From NCBI GenBank assembly GCA_027923505.1, contig BROI01000027.1, forward strand, positions 310,001-374,000: a stretch of 64,000 nt of DNA. The letters are read 5' to 3'. Position 1 is the first letter of the stretch, and the number at the start of each line of letters is the position of its first letter. The DNA is from Mayamaea pseudoterrestris. Taxonomy: Eukaryota. Shown one piece after another: positions 1 through 11,700 of this stretch. The notes under the pieces are model-generated. The model was not told the origin of the DNA. It ran no database searches and saw only the letters and a program-made list of their open reading frames with translations. Both the position numbers and the translations under genes were made by a program.

Positions 1-35
1 ACAGTCATGCACGTACACATTCGCTGCTGTTGCAG

Positions 36-1679
36 TCAATCTTTATGCTTCTTGGCGTGGCCGTGCTGGTGCCGTGGAACGCGTTCATCTCGGCCAAGGA
101 TTACCTTTCCGTGCGACTCGGCGACTGCGGCGGCGCTGTGGAATCCACCATTGCCATTATTTTCAATGTTTCGTCGGTTTCGAGTTTGACCTTGCTGATG
201 CTGTGGCAGTGGAACAATGAAGCAAAGAGAGATTCAAGTAGTGAACCGATCGATGACATTGACGAGCAAGAGCGAGCTGCAACGACGACGACTCCATCAA
301 GCAAGACAGCAAAAAGCCAACGAGAAACCCCTGCCGGCGCTAGTAACCGCAATCACGCATTCATCATGGTCATGGGCTCGCTCACTCTCAATTTAGCGGT
401 CTTTGTGATCCAATGCTGCTTGGTCTTGGTGCTGCACTTGGAGAAATCCACCACTCGATTCATGATACTGACTAACATTGGCTTGACGGGCTTGACTGGA
501 TCCGTCGCCACGGCGGGAGTCGTCTTGACGTGTACTTGCAATGAAGCAATGACTAGCATGCTGCATCCATACTTTCAGGGACAGGCCATTGGCGGTTTGC
601 TCGTGTCGTTGATGAATTTCATGGCAGCGTCGTACAAGGATCCGAGCGATTTTACGCAAAAGCAGTGTCATGACAATCAATCTGCAAACGATAGCTTGTC
701 GCATTTTGAGTATGCGAGGCAGAGTCTCTCGGTGGTTGATGCGAGCGGCAGCAGCAGTAGCGACAGCGACTGCTCCTACGAACGCATTGACTGGGCCGTC
801 TTTGGTTACTTTGTGACCGGAAGCTTGCTGCTCGTCGCTTCCATTGCCGGGTATTTGCACGTTTACCGACTGCAGAAATACAATTACGAGCCAGCCGGGC
901 AGGACGACGAAATTGACTTGGTGCTGACGCAAGTAGCATTGTCGAACATTGACGGATTGGAAATGCAACGAGACGGTACTGAACAAGCGAGGCCAACGTC
1001 AGCTTCACTACTCACGGAGCCGTACCATGACCAACGTTACAATAATGGTCTTGTAGCTGAGGAGTCGAGTGATGGAATCATGATTGAATGCGAAGTCAAG
1101 ACTGACTTGTACACCGTTTACAAGCTAATGCGAGCTCCAGCCTGGTGCATCTTTTTGACCTTTGTCGTAACGCTCGCAGTCTTTCCAGGCTGGACGTCGC
1201 AGCTGCAGAGTGCATGGCGGTGTCAATCGACCTTTCGCATTGCCAATGACTTGTATACGCCATTGACCTTTGCTTTATTTAATGCTGGCGACTTGACCGG
1301 ACGAATTCTCAGTGGACGCGTGCCAATGGATCTCGTCAGCAGTCGCGACACATCAAAAAGGCTCGTTCTTGGCGCTTTGCTTCGCGTGCCGCTGGCACTG
1401 TTGCTATTCACGTGCCTTGGTGCTTCGCAACGAGTTTTTCCGTTTGTGGTTCCGTCGGATTTGTATTCATTCGCCATGCAATTCTTGTTCGCGGCATCCA
1501 ATGGTTTCTTGGTGACGCTTGCGTTTGCGCATGCTCCCTCGCTGCTGGAAGTGACAGGATCGAACCTCAACTCTGGTGCGCAGCAGGAACGCATGTCGGA
1601 AATCTTGAGTTTCTCGCTGTCGCTCGGCCTATTGGTGGGAAGCTTGTGCTCCTATCCAGTCTCCAAGCTTGGGCATTGA
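36..1679 (+). CDS. Equilibrative nucleoside transporter (ENT/SLC29 family); 5' end may lie upstream of the window
   Basis: TM1 motif FMLLGVAVLVPWNAFISAKDY; later motifs IFLTFVVTLAVFPG, LFNAGDLTGR and FAASNGFL; many hydrophobic segments. Possible acceptor ttgcag ends at 35; alternative ATG at 45. Confidence 0.9.
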   Translation, partial: SIFMLLGVAVLVPWNAFISAKDYLSVRLGDCGGAVESTIAIIFNVSSVSSLTLLMLWQWNNEAKRDSSSEPIDDIDEQERAATTTTPSSKTAKSQRETPAGASNRNHAFIMVMGSLTLNLAVFVIQCCLVLVLHLEKSTTRFMILTNIGLTGLTGSVATAGVVLTCTCNEAMTSMLHPYFQGQAIGGLLVSLMNFMAASYKDPSDFTQKQCHDNQSANDSLSHFEYARQSLSVVDASGSSSSDSDCSYERIDWAVFGYFVTGSLLLVASIAGYLHVYRLQKYNYEPAGQDDEIDLVLTQVALSNIDGLEMQRDGTEQARPTSASLLTEPYHDQRYNNGLVAEESSDGIMIECEVKTDLYTVYKLMRAPAWCIFLTFVVTLAVFPGWTSQLQSAWRCQSTFRIANDLYTPLTFALFNAGDLTGRILSGRVPMDLVSSRDTSKRLVLGALLRVPLALLLFTCLGASQRVFPFVVPSDLYSFAMQFLFAASNGFLVTLAFAHAPSLLEVTGSNLNSGAQQERMSEILSFSLSLGLLVGSLCSYPVSKLGH

Positions 1680-2889
1680 CCGTTTTCTTAAATGCATTCG
1701 ACATGGCATGTTACATGCACTTTGTTCCGCTGTTTGCAGGAGAGCAAGCGGCGATTGCAAGCGAAACTGACCATGTGAAGTACGCAATATAGCCATCACA
1801 CATCGAAACGCTTTCTTGTATCTGGTGGCAGCTGTACGCTTGGTTTAATGCGCCGAACATGATGTGATGCCAGAGAATACGGCGAACTACAAATTTCGGA
1901 CATGAGACCTCTTAAAGGCAAACAAACGATAGCGAATGAAAAAAGGACTCCAAGCTTGTATATATTAAGCGCATGGAAATGTATAGCTCAGGTTTTCAAG
2001 CTTAAACACGCCTGCAGCTTGTAATCATAGTAGGAAAACTAATTTTAGTTTACAACATAAAGAAAGCCGTCTGAAATATCAATTTTGCTTACTACCGGTG
2101 CTTCATTATCGACGACTGAGCTTCAAAGACAAAACGAATAAAATTCAGAGATCAATGTTGTCTTAAAGCCAAGGCGCATCCGTTGTCGATATTACTTGCA
2201 GCCCAAGCAATCCCAGGGAAGTAGTACCCGGCTCGATTGAACGCTGAAATCTTGAACCCTGGCGTCTGGAAAGGGAATGCGAGCAACATAAAGACAAAAT
2301 GGGTAGTAGCGCCATGCACCAAGTACTCGTGGAAGTAGCCAGTGCCCGGGCGGAATCCATACGATAGCAACCTTCATCAATCAAGCTTGTGTCTTGAAGC
2401 GTCATTCATGATGACAGATCGCATTGCCAGCAGCTCTTCTTACAGCGCATGCCGCCCACGTTGCGGGTTGGCGCAAATGAGCATGAGTATATCGAACAAA
2501 TCGTCGGCCCAGTGCAAAGAGACAGCAGCATCAATACTACCATGATTTTGGCAGACATCGGAGCGCACTTGGACACTTTGGCGGCAAAGTTAGTACTGCA
2601 AGACGATTTCGAATATCCACAATTGTTCGTCGACATGCCTCCGCGAATTTGCTAATTGCGGCGTATGCAGTCGTTTGCAAGGATAAGGCATAAGGCATGC
2701 ATGCGACCATCCTAGAGCGACAACATCTTGATTAAGGCTCGTCGCGCAACTCTCCACGCGCCACTTGAAACAATGTGTGGTATTCCAAAGAATTTCTTGA
2801 CTGAAAGCCGTCTTTGGCACTCTCGCTGACACCAGCGGCAACGGCAGTAGCGAACTAGTGGATCATCCGGCGGATTACTGAACTTCACG

Positions 2890-5450
2890 AGTCATTGCAA
2901 TTTCGTTTCGTCTTGACCACGTTCCGACTTGACCGACGTTGCTGCGCGCTCAAAAACTCGTTGCAACGTCCGACTGATGGGCGCAGCGGTTGGACTAGGC
3001 GACTGCCTATTAAATAAAAGTGGTGTCGCAACATTGCTGAAAACATGAAATGAAGCCCAGGGTTCGAATGCAAGTGAGGCGTGGCATAAAGGCGTCGCGA
3101 TGACCATCCCTGTCGCGAATCGCTCCGGCCTTGGTAACAACAATATCGTCAATGCGAATCAATGAACGGTTTGTCTTAACCAAGCTCTCGTGCTGATTGC
3201 ACTCAGTTATTCCATTCGTCGTCATCCGCGTCAACGGAATGAGTGGGTCGTTATTGCTGCCTCCATTCCATTGCTCGCGTCCAAGCAGCATCGCGTGATA
3301 GCCGACACAGTCACTAAGATGATCGATGCCGTGACTATAGAAGCTCACGAGTCCACCACTAGTGAGCTGAAATTCGAAAGATTGTTGCGCATCACTTGTA
3401 TAAAATCCGGAGTAGGAGGAACGACTGCTGACTGTGCAGCTGGAATATCACTGTCACTGCTTCCAAACAAAATTTCGGGATTAAAGAAAAATACTTGTCC
3501 TTTCGATTTGGATCCGTTTAGCCTGGAACAACTTGTAATATCCAGCCAACTAACCACTTACGCTTCTGTCTATAAAGGAGCTTGGTTGGTCTACTGAATG
3601 TGACGCCTGTACGAGTGGGTATCCAAGGGGTTGTTAGGGGCTACATTTTTGGCTTTTACGGTAGGACGTCCAACCAGTTGGCCACTCGTCGGTGTTCTTT
3701 TTGCCAATCAAACCCATTCAAGGTTCCATATGGCGGTTTGCCGGCAGCAGCAGTAGGAGCAGGATCAATCAACGCTACTGCCTTACGAGGCTTCTTGGCA
3801 GCAGCGGAAGCAGTTTTGTCACTTGGCGCCACCAACTTCCTGGACGAGGCGATGACTTTGTGGTATCAGTAGAGCTAGCCTTCTTTGCCTTGTTGGCAGC
3901 CGCAGCCAAAATGAAGCTTGACGATGATGCAATGGAGCTACCGGCCGACTTGCGAGGCGTCTTTGACGCGAGCAGAACGAGCAGACTCCTCCACCATTTT
4001 GCCTTTGATGCGAACCGTCTGCATCTGCTCTTCTACAGCAACGTTAGCTTTGCCTTCGCTCTTCGCTTGCATAGCGTAAATCTGCATCAGGCATCCTGCG
4101 ATCACTAGCTTCGGCGACGGGGTTGCAATTCTCTTCCTGCGCTGGAGCGCTCGCTGGTGCGCTCGCTGGTTCTGCCTCCATCTTGGCGTCCACACAGACC
4201 ACGGCGGCTGGCATATTGTGATCGTCTACGTCATATACCTCCAGAACTTCCGCCGCGGCAAGCTTCTCGTCGCCAATTCATTTTCAATGTCGCCCGTGGA
4301 AGAGGACGTGGCAAGGAGAATCCAGTTCCTGCTCCTTTAAAGCCTCCGCCAGTACTACAAGTACGAGCTGCAGTCGCTTCTCCCAATCCCTTAAAGGCTC
4401 CCAAAGTACTCGTAGCATCCACTGTTGTAGTAGTGAACATCGATTCGTCCTTGGCGCCATTGCCCGCGTCAGCAGCAGGGACCGCTTCTGCTGCTCGACC
4501 GCTGCACGAAGAGTCTCTTGCGACAGCAGTGGTCGTTTCCGCCTCCTAAATGCAGCGGCAGCAGATGTCTCTTGCGCTGTGAAAGCCTCTGTGGTAGCTG
4601 TATCAATGGTCGGGTTTAAGGAAGCAGGAGCAGGAGCAGCAGCAGCAGCTGCTGCATTCGCATCCGCATTACCATTAGTTTTTTCAAACGCTTTGTCGAT
4701 GTTGGCAAGGGGATGTATTGCGGCCCAGTTGAACGATGTATCGCTGCGTCATGACTTGCTCCGAGGCGCGCACTGGAGCTGTACTTGAAGTGTCGTTGCT
4801 ATCATGATGTACGTTGTCGGCGGCGGCATTGTCCTACATTCGGCGCCGCGTTTTACCATTGTTGCATTGGCAGGTTTTCTGCCGTCGTTGCCAAACATGC
4901 GTTGCTCCTTGCCTCCGCAGCGTCGTCATGCTCGTTCGCCTGTTTCTTGCCCGTGCGCAATTCCACAGCGTTCGTTTCTTGTCGCCATTGTTAATTGACT
5001 CGTCGCCTGTCTTGTTGCTAGACTCGTTGCTAGAGGTTGTTGCCTTTTCCAATACGTAGAATCGTCGTCATCGACCACTTCGTCCTCGGTATCTTCATCA
5101 TCACACTATCATCGTTCATAACGAAATGTGTTGGCACAGTGTTGAGGTATCAAGTAGATGGTGTTTGCGCATTGATTGATTTTGCGCAAAACATGAAAAA
5201 GTTTGCGTTGCTCCACTTCGGAGAATGCCGCAGCCAACGTGAGCCGGTCCGCGTCACAAAACCTTGACGAAACTCTCTCATTCTACAGCAAATGTCTTAC
5301 TCCATCATGCGCTTGAAGTCCTCCGGTGACTTGTCGATTCGTCATGGCAGCGACGGAGTTTGCGTCGTGTCACACCTCGCACCGGTTTTCTCTGCGACAA
5401 GGGGTTTGGCGTCGTGGCTTCAACGTTCGTTTCCGACCATTGCTCATTCA
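2890..5450 (-). pseudogene. Probable decayed gene for an Ala/Lys/Ser-rich low-complexity protein
   Basis: Protein-like fragments on the minus strand (DDEDTEDEVVDDDDS, TASAAAKKPRKAVALID, AAAANKAKKASS) broken by many stops and frameshifts, while neighbouring genes are intact. Confidence 0.35.
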
Positions 5451-5819
5451 CTGCTGCAAGTGCAGTCTACACATCTACGTGGAGGAACGACTATATATCA
5501 GTAGCGAATGCATCAAGAATGTTTTGTATTGACCGGCGCGGCAACGCTTTCTCGACTCGCGTTCTTCGCCGCCAAAGTCTCTTTCGTTTACGCACACGCG
5601 TATCAATGTACAGCAAATGAAAGCAAAATTCAATGAAGCACTTCAACCAGTCGCTACTATAATTTCAAGTGTCATGCTACAGCCACAAGGTTCTACTGGT
5701 CTTTTATTACGCTGCTGCTGCTGGACCGGCTCGAAAAAGCTGTGCGCTTTTCGCCTTTACTCCAAACTCAATATACAGTCATGAAGATCCTTGATGCTAA
5801 TTCATCGTTTATTCGCAAG

Positions 5820-7457
5820 CTACTTGAAAACAAGCTGATTGTGTTTTGCATTGGCGATGGCTCTTTCAATGAGTAGATTGGACTGTTGCTGCTCCATTGC
5901 GGAATCGTCGTCGTCGTCGAATTCCCATTCTGTTAACAGTTCCACAGGCTTTTCGACTTGTTTTTCTTTACGCTCAAACTGACTGCTTGTAATTGGCGTA
6001 CGTACGTCTGGGTCGGCAATATTTACATCCATGCGAGTTGCTGTTTCGCTAGCAGACGAACTATTGGAAGTGCGCGACGAAATGGATTGGCAATCCGTTG
6101 CAATCGAGCGTGAAGGCGGTTGAAAGTCTTGTCCATCGGCCGAAGAAGCTTGCTCGGGCGCTTGCCGAGTTGTTGGCTCGCAAATGATACTGGCAAGTTG
6201 TTGGTCTTCACGCTCGTCAATACTGGATGGCTCGCAAATGATACTGGCAAGCTGTTGATTTCGACGCTGGTCAAGACTGGATACTCGCTCTTGGTCAGCG
6301 GCTGCCAAAGCTGACTCGAGTCGCCAAGTACCTCGGCGAGAAAGATGTGAGCTGCTTCTTGGGTGTAGCTCCTCTTGACGAACATTGTCGCGATTTTCCG
6401 ACCATTGGGATTGCATGGTTTGGCGGTGGTCTGCTGAATGCTTGCTTTGGTCGTGAAGAATGTCTGACGATCGGTTGGAGCCGTAAAGAGCTTGAGCCTC
6501 CCGCCCTTGTTCTTCAGTGAGGCGTGATTGCCAAAGTCTTGGTCGAAAGCTTTCATTCTCATCAAGTTCAAAGCAGTGTATGGCTCGGTGCCCATATACT
6601 TGACAAATGTAGCATCTCAAGGTGCAACGTCTGGTCCGCCCAACTATATTGCCTTGGCCATTGTCTTGGCTCGGACCTTGACGATCATTGTCGCGTGACG
6701 ATTGGCCTTGTTGTTCTTCGTTTGGCAGCACGTTGTACATGCGCTTATTCAACAAGTCATTCACTTCATGGTCTTCATCGATGCAGTACCACCATGCATC
6801 GTAGCTGGCAAAAATTATGCGCTCAATGGTATCAATGTCAATCGCTTCACCAAGCTGCTTGTTCTGTGCTTTCGTCAATGCTAACTGGTAGTAAGCGGGT
6901 AGTTTGGACATCAGAAAACCAGTGAAGGCTGTGCTGGTCACTGTTTGTCGGTACTGAGCAGCTAGAGAGAACATGGCGTCGATGAGTACTCGCGGGTTGG
7001 CGCTTGGTCGTTCATGCTGAAGGCTGTCAAGACGTTTTTGGTAGATGCTTCGCGCCAGTGCAAAACTTGGTGTGAATCGACGTTCGAGAGCGGCAAGTAC
7101 TCTATGAGCTTCTCCACTTGGGTACTCGGCGGTCTCGGCGAAGCTAATAATGAAACTAAGTTCCCCTGGAAGTGTCATTGTGTACAAGCACATGAGCATC
7201 TCATTTTGCTTACGGGCGGCGCGTTGTTCAAGTACCGCTTGTTTTTGCTCGTCGCTTGCTCCGATGGGAGCATCCGCAATCGCTTCCGCTTCAGTGGCTG
7301 GTAAAAACGGATCTCGGTGGATTGAGATGGGGCGATTGCAGCCTGCAAGTCGAGCATAAACGCAAATCTGCTTATGCCACATTATATGACCTTCCATTGT
7401 ATTGGGATGTTTGGGGACCTTGTGGATAACGTCAATAATTGGGCTGGTTCTCGGCAT
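5820..7457 (-). CDS. Ty1/copia (CoDi-like) Gag-only protein with CCHC zinc knuckle; no pol
   Basis: CYICQVYGHRAIHC = CX2CX4HX4C followed by FELDENESFRPRLW; EYPSGEAHRVLAALERRFTP resembles diatom copia Gag; no protease, integrase or RT motifs follow. Confidence 0.75.
   Translation of the reverse strand: MPRTSPIIDVIHKVPKHPNTMEGHIMWHKQICVYARLAGCNRPISIHRDPFLPATEAEAIADAPIGASDEQKQAVLEQRAARKQNEMLMCLYTMTLPGELSFIISFAETAEYPSGEAHRVLAALERRFTPSFALARSIYQKRLDSLQHERPSANPRVLIDAMFSLAAQYRQTVTSTAFTGFLMSKLPAYYQLALTKAQNKQLGEAIDIDTIERIIFASYDAWWYCIDEDHEVNDLLNKRMYNVLPNEEQQGQSSRDNDRQGPSQDNGQGNIVGRTRRCTLRCYICQVYGHRAIHCFELDENESFRPRLWQSRLTEEQGREAQALYGSNRSSDILHDQSKHSADHRQTMQSQWSENRDNVRQEELHPRSSSHLSRRGTWRLESALAAADQERVSSLDQRRNQQLASIICEPSSIDEREDQQLASIICEPTTRQAPEQASSADGQDFQPPSRSIATDCQSISSRTSNSSSASETATRMDVNIADPDVRTPITSSQFERKEKQVEKPVELLTEWEFDDDDDSAMEQQQSNLLIERAIANAKHNQLVFK
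6174..6290. repeat. 54-bp tandem duplication within the Gag ORF
   Basis: tggctcgcaaatgatactggcaag(t/c)tgttg occurs twice and encodes QQLASIICEP twice. Confidence 0.85.
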
Positions 7458-7880
7458 GTTGAAGATTTGATATGTTGTGTTTGGTTCGCACCATAGGTTA
7501 CGTTATTAGTTTTCTGAGATACAGTAGCTGAGTAGCTGGGTAGGCTGGCTTTTAAGTTCGTTGTGTTCTCGATGACAGAATTTACACGGGAGTGTTTGGC
7601 TTGTTTGAAAAAGTACTTGCTGGCAGAAGGAAATTTAAGATGCCTCGCTCGATGAATACACTGCTCTGCAAAATTGATGAAGATTGACGGCCTAGTAAGT
7701 GAAAAGTGGCTTGCCTACTCGACCAGGGTGGTATTGGCTGCTGCTTGCCTGGCAACTGGGATGAGTAGGCCGTGTCGCTTTCTTAGATGACCGAACGGTG
7801 ACACGGTGACTGACGGAACAAACGTTATTTGGATGGCGGGCCGCGGATCAGGTTCGATTGCGTGCGTAACGCAAGAGATA

Positions 7881-8242
7881 TGTTGCCAACTAGGTCAAAC
7901 TTATGACGCGACTTGAGATAAAGAAGCGGCAAAAGCAATTAGTACTTTCTTTTTCAGATGTTTCTTTCTGACAGTCTCGAAACCTCCGGAGCGTTCCCCC
8001 TTCTATGCCTCTGAGTCCTTCAATCGATTTGCTTGGTCTGGACTTTCTTCTTTTGGGTCCGTAGAGAGTGCAATTGCTCTCACACTTGACAATATGCTTG
8101 GAATATACCAAAGTTTTTTTTTTTTGAACAATCAAGTACAGCAAGACCAGTTGCAACGAGTCATCTGGCAGTCTTCGTCGCGCACGGATCTTCGAGCGCC
8201 AGAACAAACTTGGGTCATTTTGAAACATTTGCATTCACAACA
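7881..8242 (-). mobile_element. Candidate orphan 5' LTR of the truncated copia Gag element
   Basis: Segment bounded by TGTTG...CAACA about 420 bp upstream of the Gag ATG. No second copy, matching TSD or clear PBS seen. Confidence 0.3.
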
Positions 8243-8768
8243 AAGTGTACTGTTTAGCTCACTGTACCGTGACTGCCAAGCGTATATTCATCAGGCCCTT
8301 TGACGAATCTTGCATAGCCCGACATCGTACCGATACTAGATTTAAGAGGATTACGATAGCTACGACGTACGTCATATGCTCCAATAGCTATGTATACAGT
8401 CTTGTCGCGGCAAAGATGGCGAGTAACAAGAAAAAGCTTCTCGGGTGAAGTAGACAAAATGGTTATTATATTACTCTGTTCGAAGTGGGCTGGCTAATCA
8501 GGAAGGGCATGTAGAAATGGAGAAGGCTACTCGAAATGCCGCACGACAATGCGCGACGTGAGAGTTATCATACTTCACCAATGCTTACTTTATGTGTTTT
8601 ATTGACTGATTAATACGCGCAAGCAATGCTATTCAAGCTATAAACTGAGCGAGTTGACGTTCTCCGATTGTCAAAGTGGAATACAAGTGTCACGGACGCA
8701 TGCTTTGTGCTCGCAACATTGCGCATGTCTCTATGGCTGCCCTCCACCAAAACATCTTTTACATTATT

Positions 8769-9680
8769 TCAAGGCATGGAAGCCGCGCTTCGTGCAGCTC
8801 GTACATCTTGCTCATCGATAAAGCTCAACCACTGGTCAAAGGCTGCAACAGCTTCCTTTGTCAGCTTTGACAGTTCCGAAACATCCGTTTCTGTTGCATA
8901 CAGCTCGGCCGCAACATCGTCCAGTGTCGTTTGCGCCAAATTGCGATACAAGTCGCGCAAGTCCAGGTCGGCCGTGACGACTTGCTTCACGTTTGGAAAG
9001 GCTCCCTTGTCGCGCAGCATGCGCGACTTTTCCGATGGACTGGCCGTAAGCAAGTAGGAATCGGAGAAGCGAAGATTGGCTGTATAAGTATTCATTGCTG
9101 CTCGCGTTTTTGCTCCGGATAGTTTCGTGATAATGGCGCTGTCAGATGGCGTGATGGATTGTTGTGACTCCACCGCGTATCGCTTCGTCGCTCCAATGGC
9201 AAACTTTGCAGTCGATGACGATGACGATGAAGGAGCTTCAACAAGCTCCTTCAGTTGCCCCATTATTTCAGTAAGATCCGAGTCAGCTCTTGACTTTATA
9301 GCTAATTGCTGCGTCAACTGTTCGACCTTTTCTAGCAAGAGCTTTTGCTGCATGGCTGGAACGAGTGCTTGCATTGGTGCAAACGGACGACGACGTTGCT
9401 GCTGCTGCGAGCTTGTAGTCAATGCAGTATCATCTTTTACTTCGTTATTCGTTGCGACTGCGGCAGTTGTTTGGAACTGCAGCAGACCGGCGGTGCATGC
9501 TGCTGCTGACTGGAACAGAATTCTTCGCGATTGTTGCAGCGATGCTTGACAAGCAAAATGATCCTTATATGAGGCGCTTCCATGCGGCTGCTGCCAAGCT
9601 ACGCAGTATTGCGAGAAGCAGGTCAAGGTAATGAGAAGAATAAGCAGTTTTGGTTTGTATTGCTTGCTTCGTATCGTCAT
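8769..9680 (-). CDS. Putative thylakoid-lumen protein with tripartite presequence
   Basis: ATG 9680; signal peptide KLLILLITLTCFSQYCVA-W (ASAFAP-like W variant), transit region, twin-Arg motif SRRILFQSAAACTAGLL...AVA, then a helical mature domain. Confidence 0.65.
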   Translation of the reverse strand: MTIRSKQYKPKLLILLITLTCFSQYCVAWQQPHGSASYKDHFACQASLQQSRRILFQSAAACTAGLLQFQTTAAVATNNEVKDDTALTTSSQQQQRRRPFAPMQALVPAMQQKLLLEKVEQLTQQLAIKSRADSDLTEIMGQLKELVEAPSSSSSSTAKFAIGATKRYAVESQQSITPSDSAIITKLSGAKTRAAMNTYTANLRFSDSYLLTASPSEKSRMLRDKGAFPNVKQVVTADLDLRDLYRNLAQTTLDDVAAELYATETDVSELSKLTKEAVAAFDQWLSFIDEQDVRAARSAASMP

Positions 9681-10205
9681 GGTCAATTTAGTGTGACGGA
9701 CGCTCCTGCTTTCGGCTGATGCGTCTTGCTTCGACGAGTCGCGGATTGTGTCGCATGTGACACTCGCCTCCTCGTGCACAAAGGGAGAGAGATCCGAGCA
9801 AAGTGTGAGCTTGGCGCAAAAGTTGAGCGGACTCTTTATGTGCCTACCGTATTAGTAGCATAATCGGATGACAAAAGATCTTGAGAGGCTTGGTAGGTCT
9901 TCTTGCCTTTCTTGTTTAACCTAGCAAAGCAAGGAACACAAACTGTACACGTATTCACTCGGCATCTCGGCATGCAGGCTTCGCTTGAGTGCAAAATGTG
10001 AGAGTTCACATTCCGCAGTACCCTATGTACCGTAGTAAAATAAAAATAGAGCGCTGTAACATACAACAGAGGTTACAATTTAATATTGAAAGCTAATATG
10101 AGTTCATTTTATAGAAGGGGAATTTACTCGTTCCAAACTGAATGGCTTTGGATGAGACCCTTTGATCACCGAATGGTTGCTGGCCGCCGCCAGGTCGTTC
10201 ACAAC

Positions 10206-10553
10206 TTAGACGGGGGTAGTGCTAGGCGCCATGGAAGGCGATTCCACAACCGGCGTGGCACTTGGAGCAGCGCTGATGTCATCAACTACTGGGTCGCAAG
10301 GCAAAGCGGCTCCCTCCGTTCGACTGGCAAACTTCTTCTTGAGATTGAGGCAACTCTTGGTAGGCGTCGCCTTTTCGGCGCACTTTTGGGCCGTGCAGTA
10401 GGCGTTGCACAAACCGACAGCACCTTTAAAAGCTTTGAAGTCCTTGCAAACTGCTTTCTTGTTTCCGCCATTTCCTCCGTTGGGCTTGTCCTTCTTGGCA
10501 CTGACAAGAGCAATGATGGCGAAGAGGGTGATGATGAATGAGCGGCTGAACAT
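10206..10553 (-). CDS. Small secreted Cys-rich protein with Pro/Ser/Thr tail
   Basis: Signal peptide MFSRSFIITLFAIIALVSA; six-Cys module VC...GLCNAYCTAQKC...SC...LPC; tail APSATP/SPSMAPS. Confidence 0.8.
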   Translation of the reverse strand: MFSRSFIITLFAIIALVSAKKDKPNGGNGGNKKAVCKDFKAFKGAVGLCNAYCTAQKCAEKATPTKSCLNLKKKFASRTEGAALPCDPVVDDISAAPSATPVVESPSMAPSTTPV

Positions 10554-11700
10554 GGTGGTAGATGGTGATGGTGTGTAAATGCGAGATGATTCGAAATTTG
10601 TGAGAGTGAACACACAAGCAATTGATCGCAACATCGCAACGCACTACGATCACTTGGGCCTGTTCGTATCTTGGTCTTGGGCAGCAACTTCAATGACCCA
10701 CGACCAAGATTCAATTAGTATGCGATGTAGAGTAGGATGACTTTACACACGACTACTTATTACTCGTGAAATTCTTATTTTGTATGTGCCGTGACTTTAT
10801 ACGAGCACACTCACGAATATTTGAGTCATGAAAGACCCGACCAGAACCGTTGAGAACGTACGTACGTGACGTTCATGCCATTTTCATCCATTTACTCCGC
10901 GCATTGGCGGGCCCAACCCACCCAACAGTAGGTTCGTACTGCCCTTATACTTGCGAATACGTAGATGACGGTCGGATCTAAATGAACGCACAAGGTAGCC
11001 TACTATACATACGTAGCTCTCAGTTTTTCATGGGACCTTGTATTTTTACTGCTGCTTTGCTGTGCAAAGCATTGCTTGGGCAGACAGACGGCCCTAGACC
11101 AACTTTATTCACTCTCCTAGCAGAGAAATGTCTCGCATATTGTACTGCGACTCTAACAAATCATCTTGAAAGCTTTTCAATTTATCATCATGCTATACAA
11201 TCATTCTCTTGTTGACTAGTAGTCATTCGCAAGTCGTCTGGCATGCCAGCAGGATGGAAGGCAGACACGGGTTGCTGGCAAACCTGGGATCGCAGCAGAT
11301 TTCTCATAGCATAAAATTGACCTGCATTACGACTATCTGATGATTATGCCTGTAGTGGAAAAAGTCTACTTGGTGCCTTATACATACTGCAACATCATAG
11401 TAGTATGATACATTTCCCACTTTCACTCACAGCAACACGCCCAGCGCGACACCCTGTGGCGCACAGCCGTTGCGACTCGCATGTGACAGGCTCTTGCCGT
11501 CCGCTGAAACGGTGATGCGCAGCCATCGCCACTTTCCGGCTGCATCGCGATTTATCTATCAAGTTGTTTCTAATCAAGGCCAAACATTGTACTATAACGA
11601 AGCAAAAGAGGGTCTAGACGGAACTGCTGCTGGTTAAATTCGATCATCCTTTCCACCGCACCTCACTTTCAAGCTGCCATCAATCGGCTGCGTGAACATC

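Noticed and set aside
2152..2841. Short overlapping ORFs
   Set aside because: No recognisable motifs or consistent frame.
7830..7880. GGTTCGATT B-box-like sequence as a tRNA or PBS
   Set aside because: No cloverleaf stems and no TGG start adjacent to the candidate LTR.
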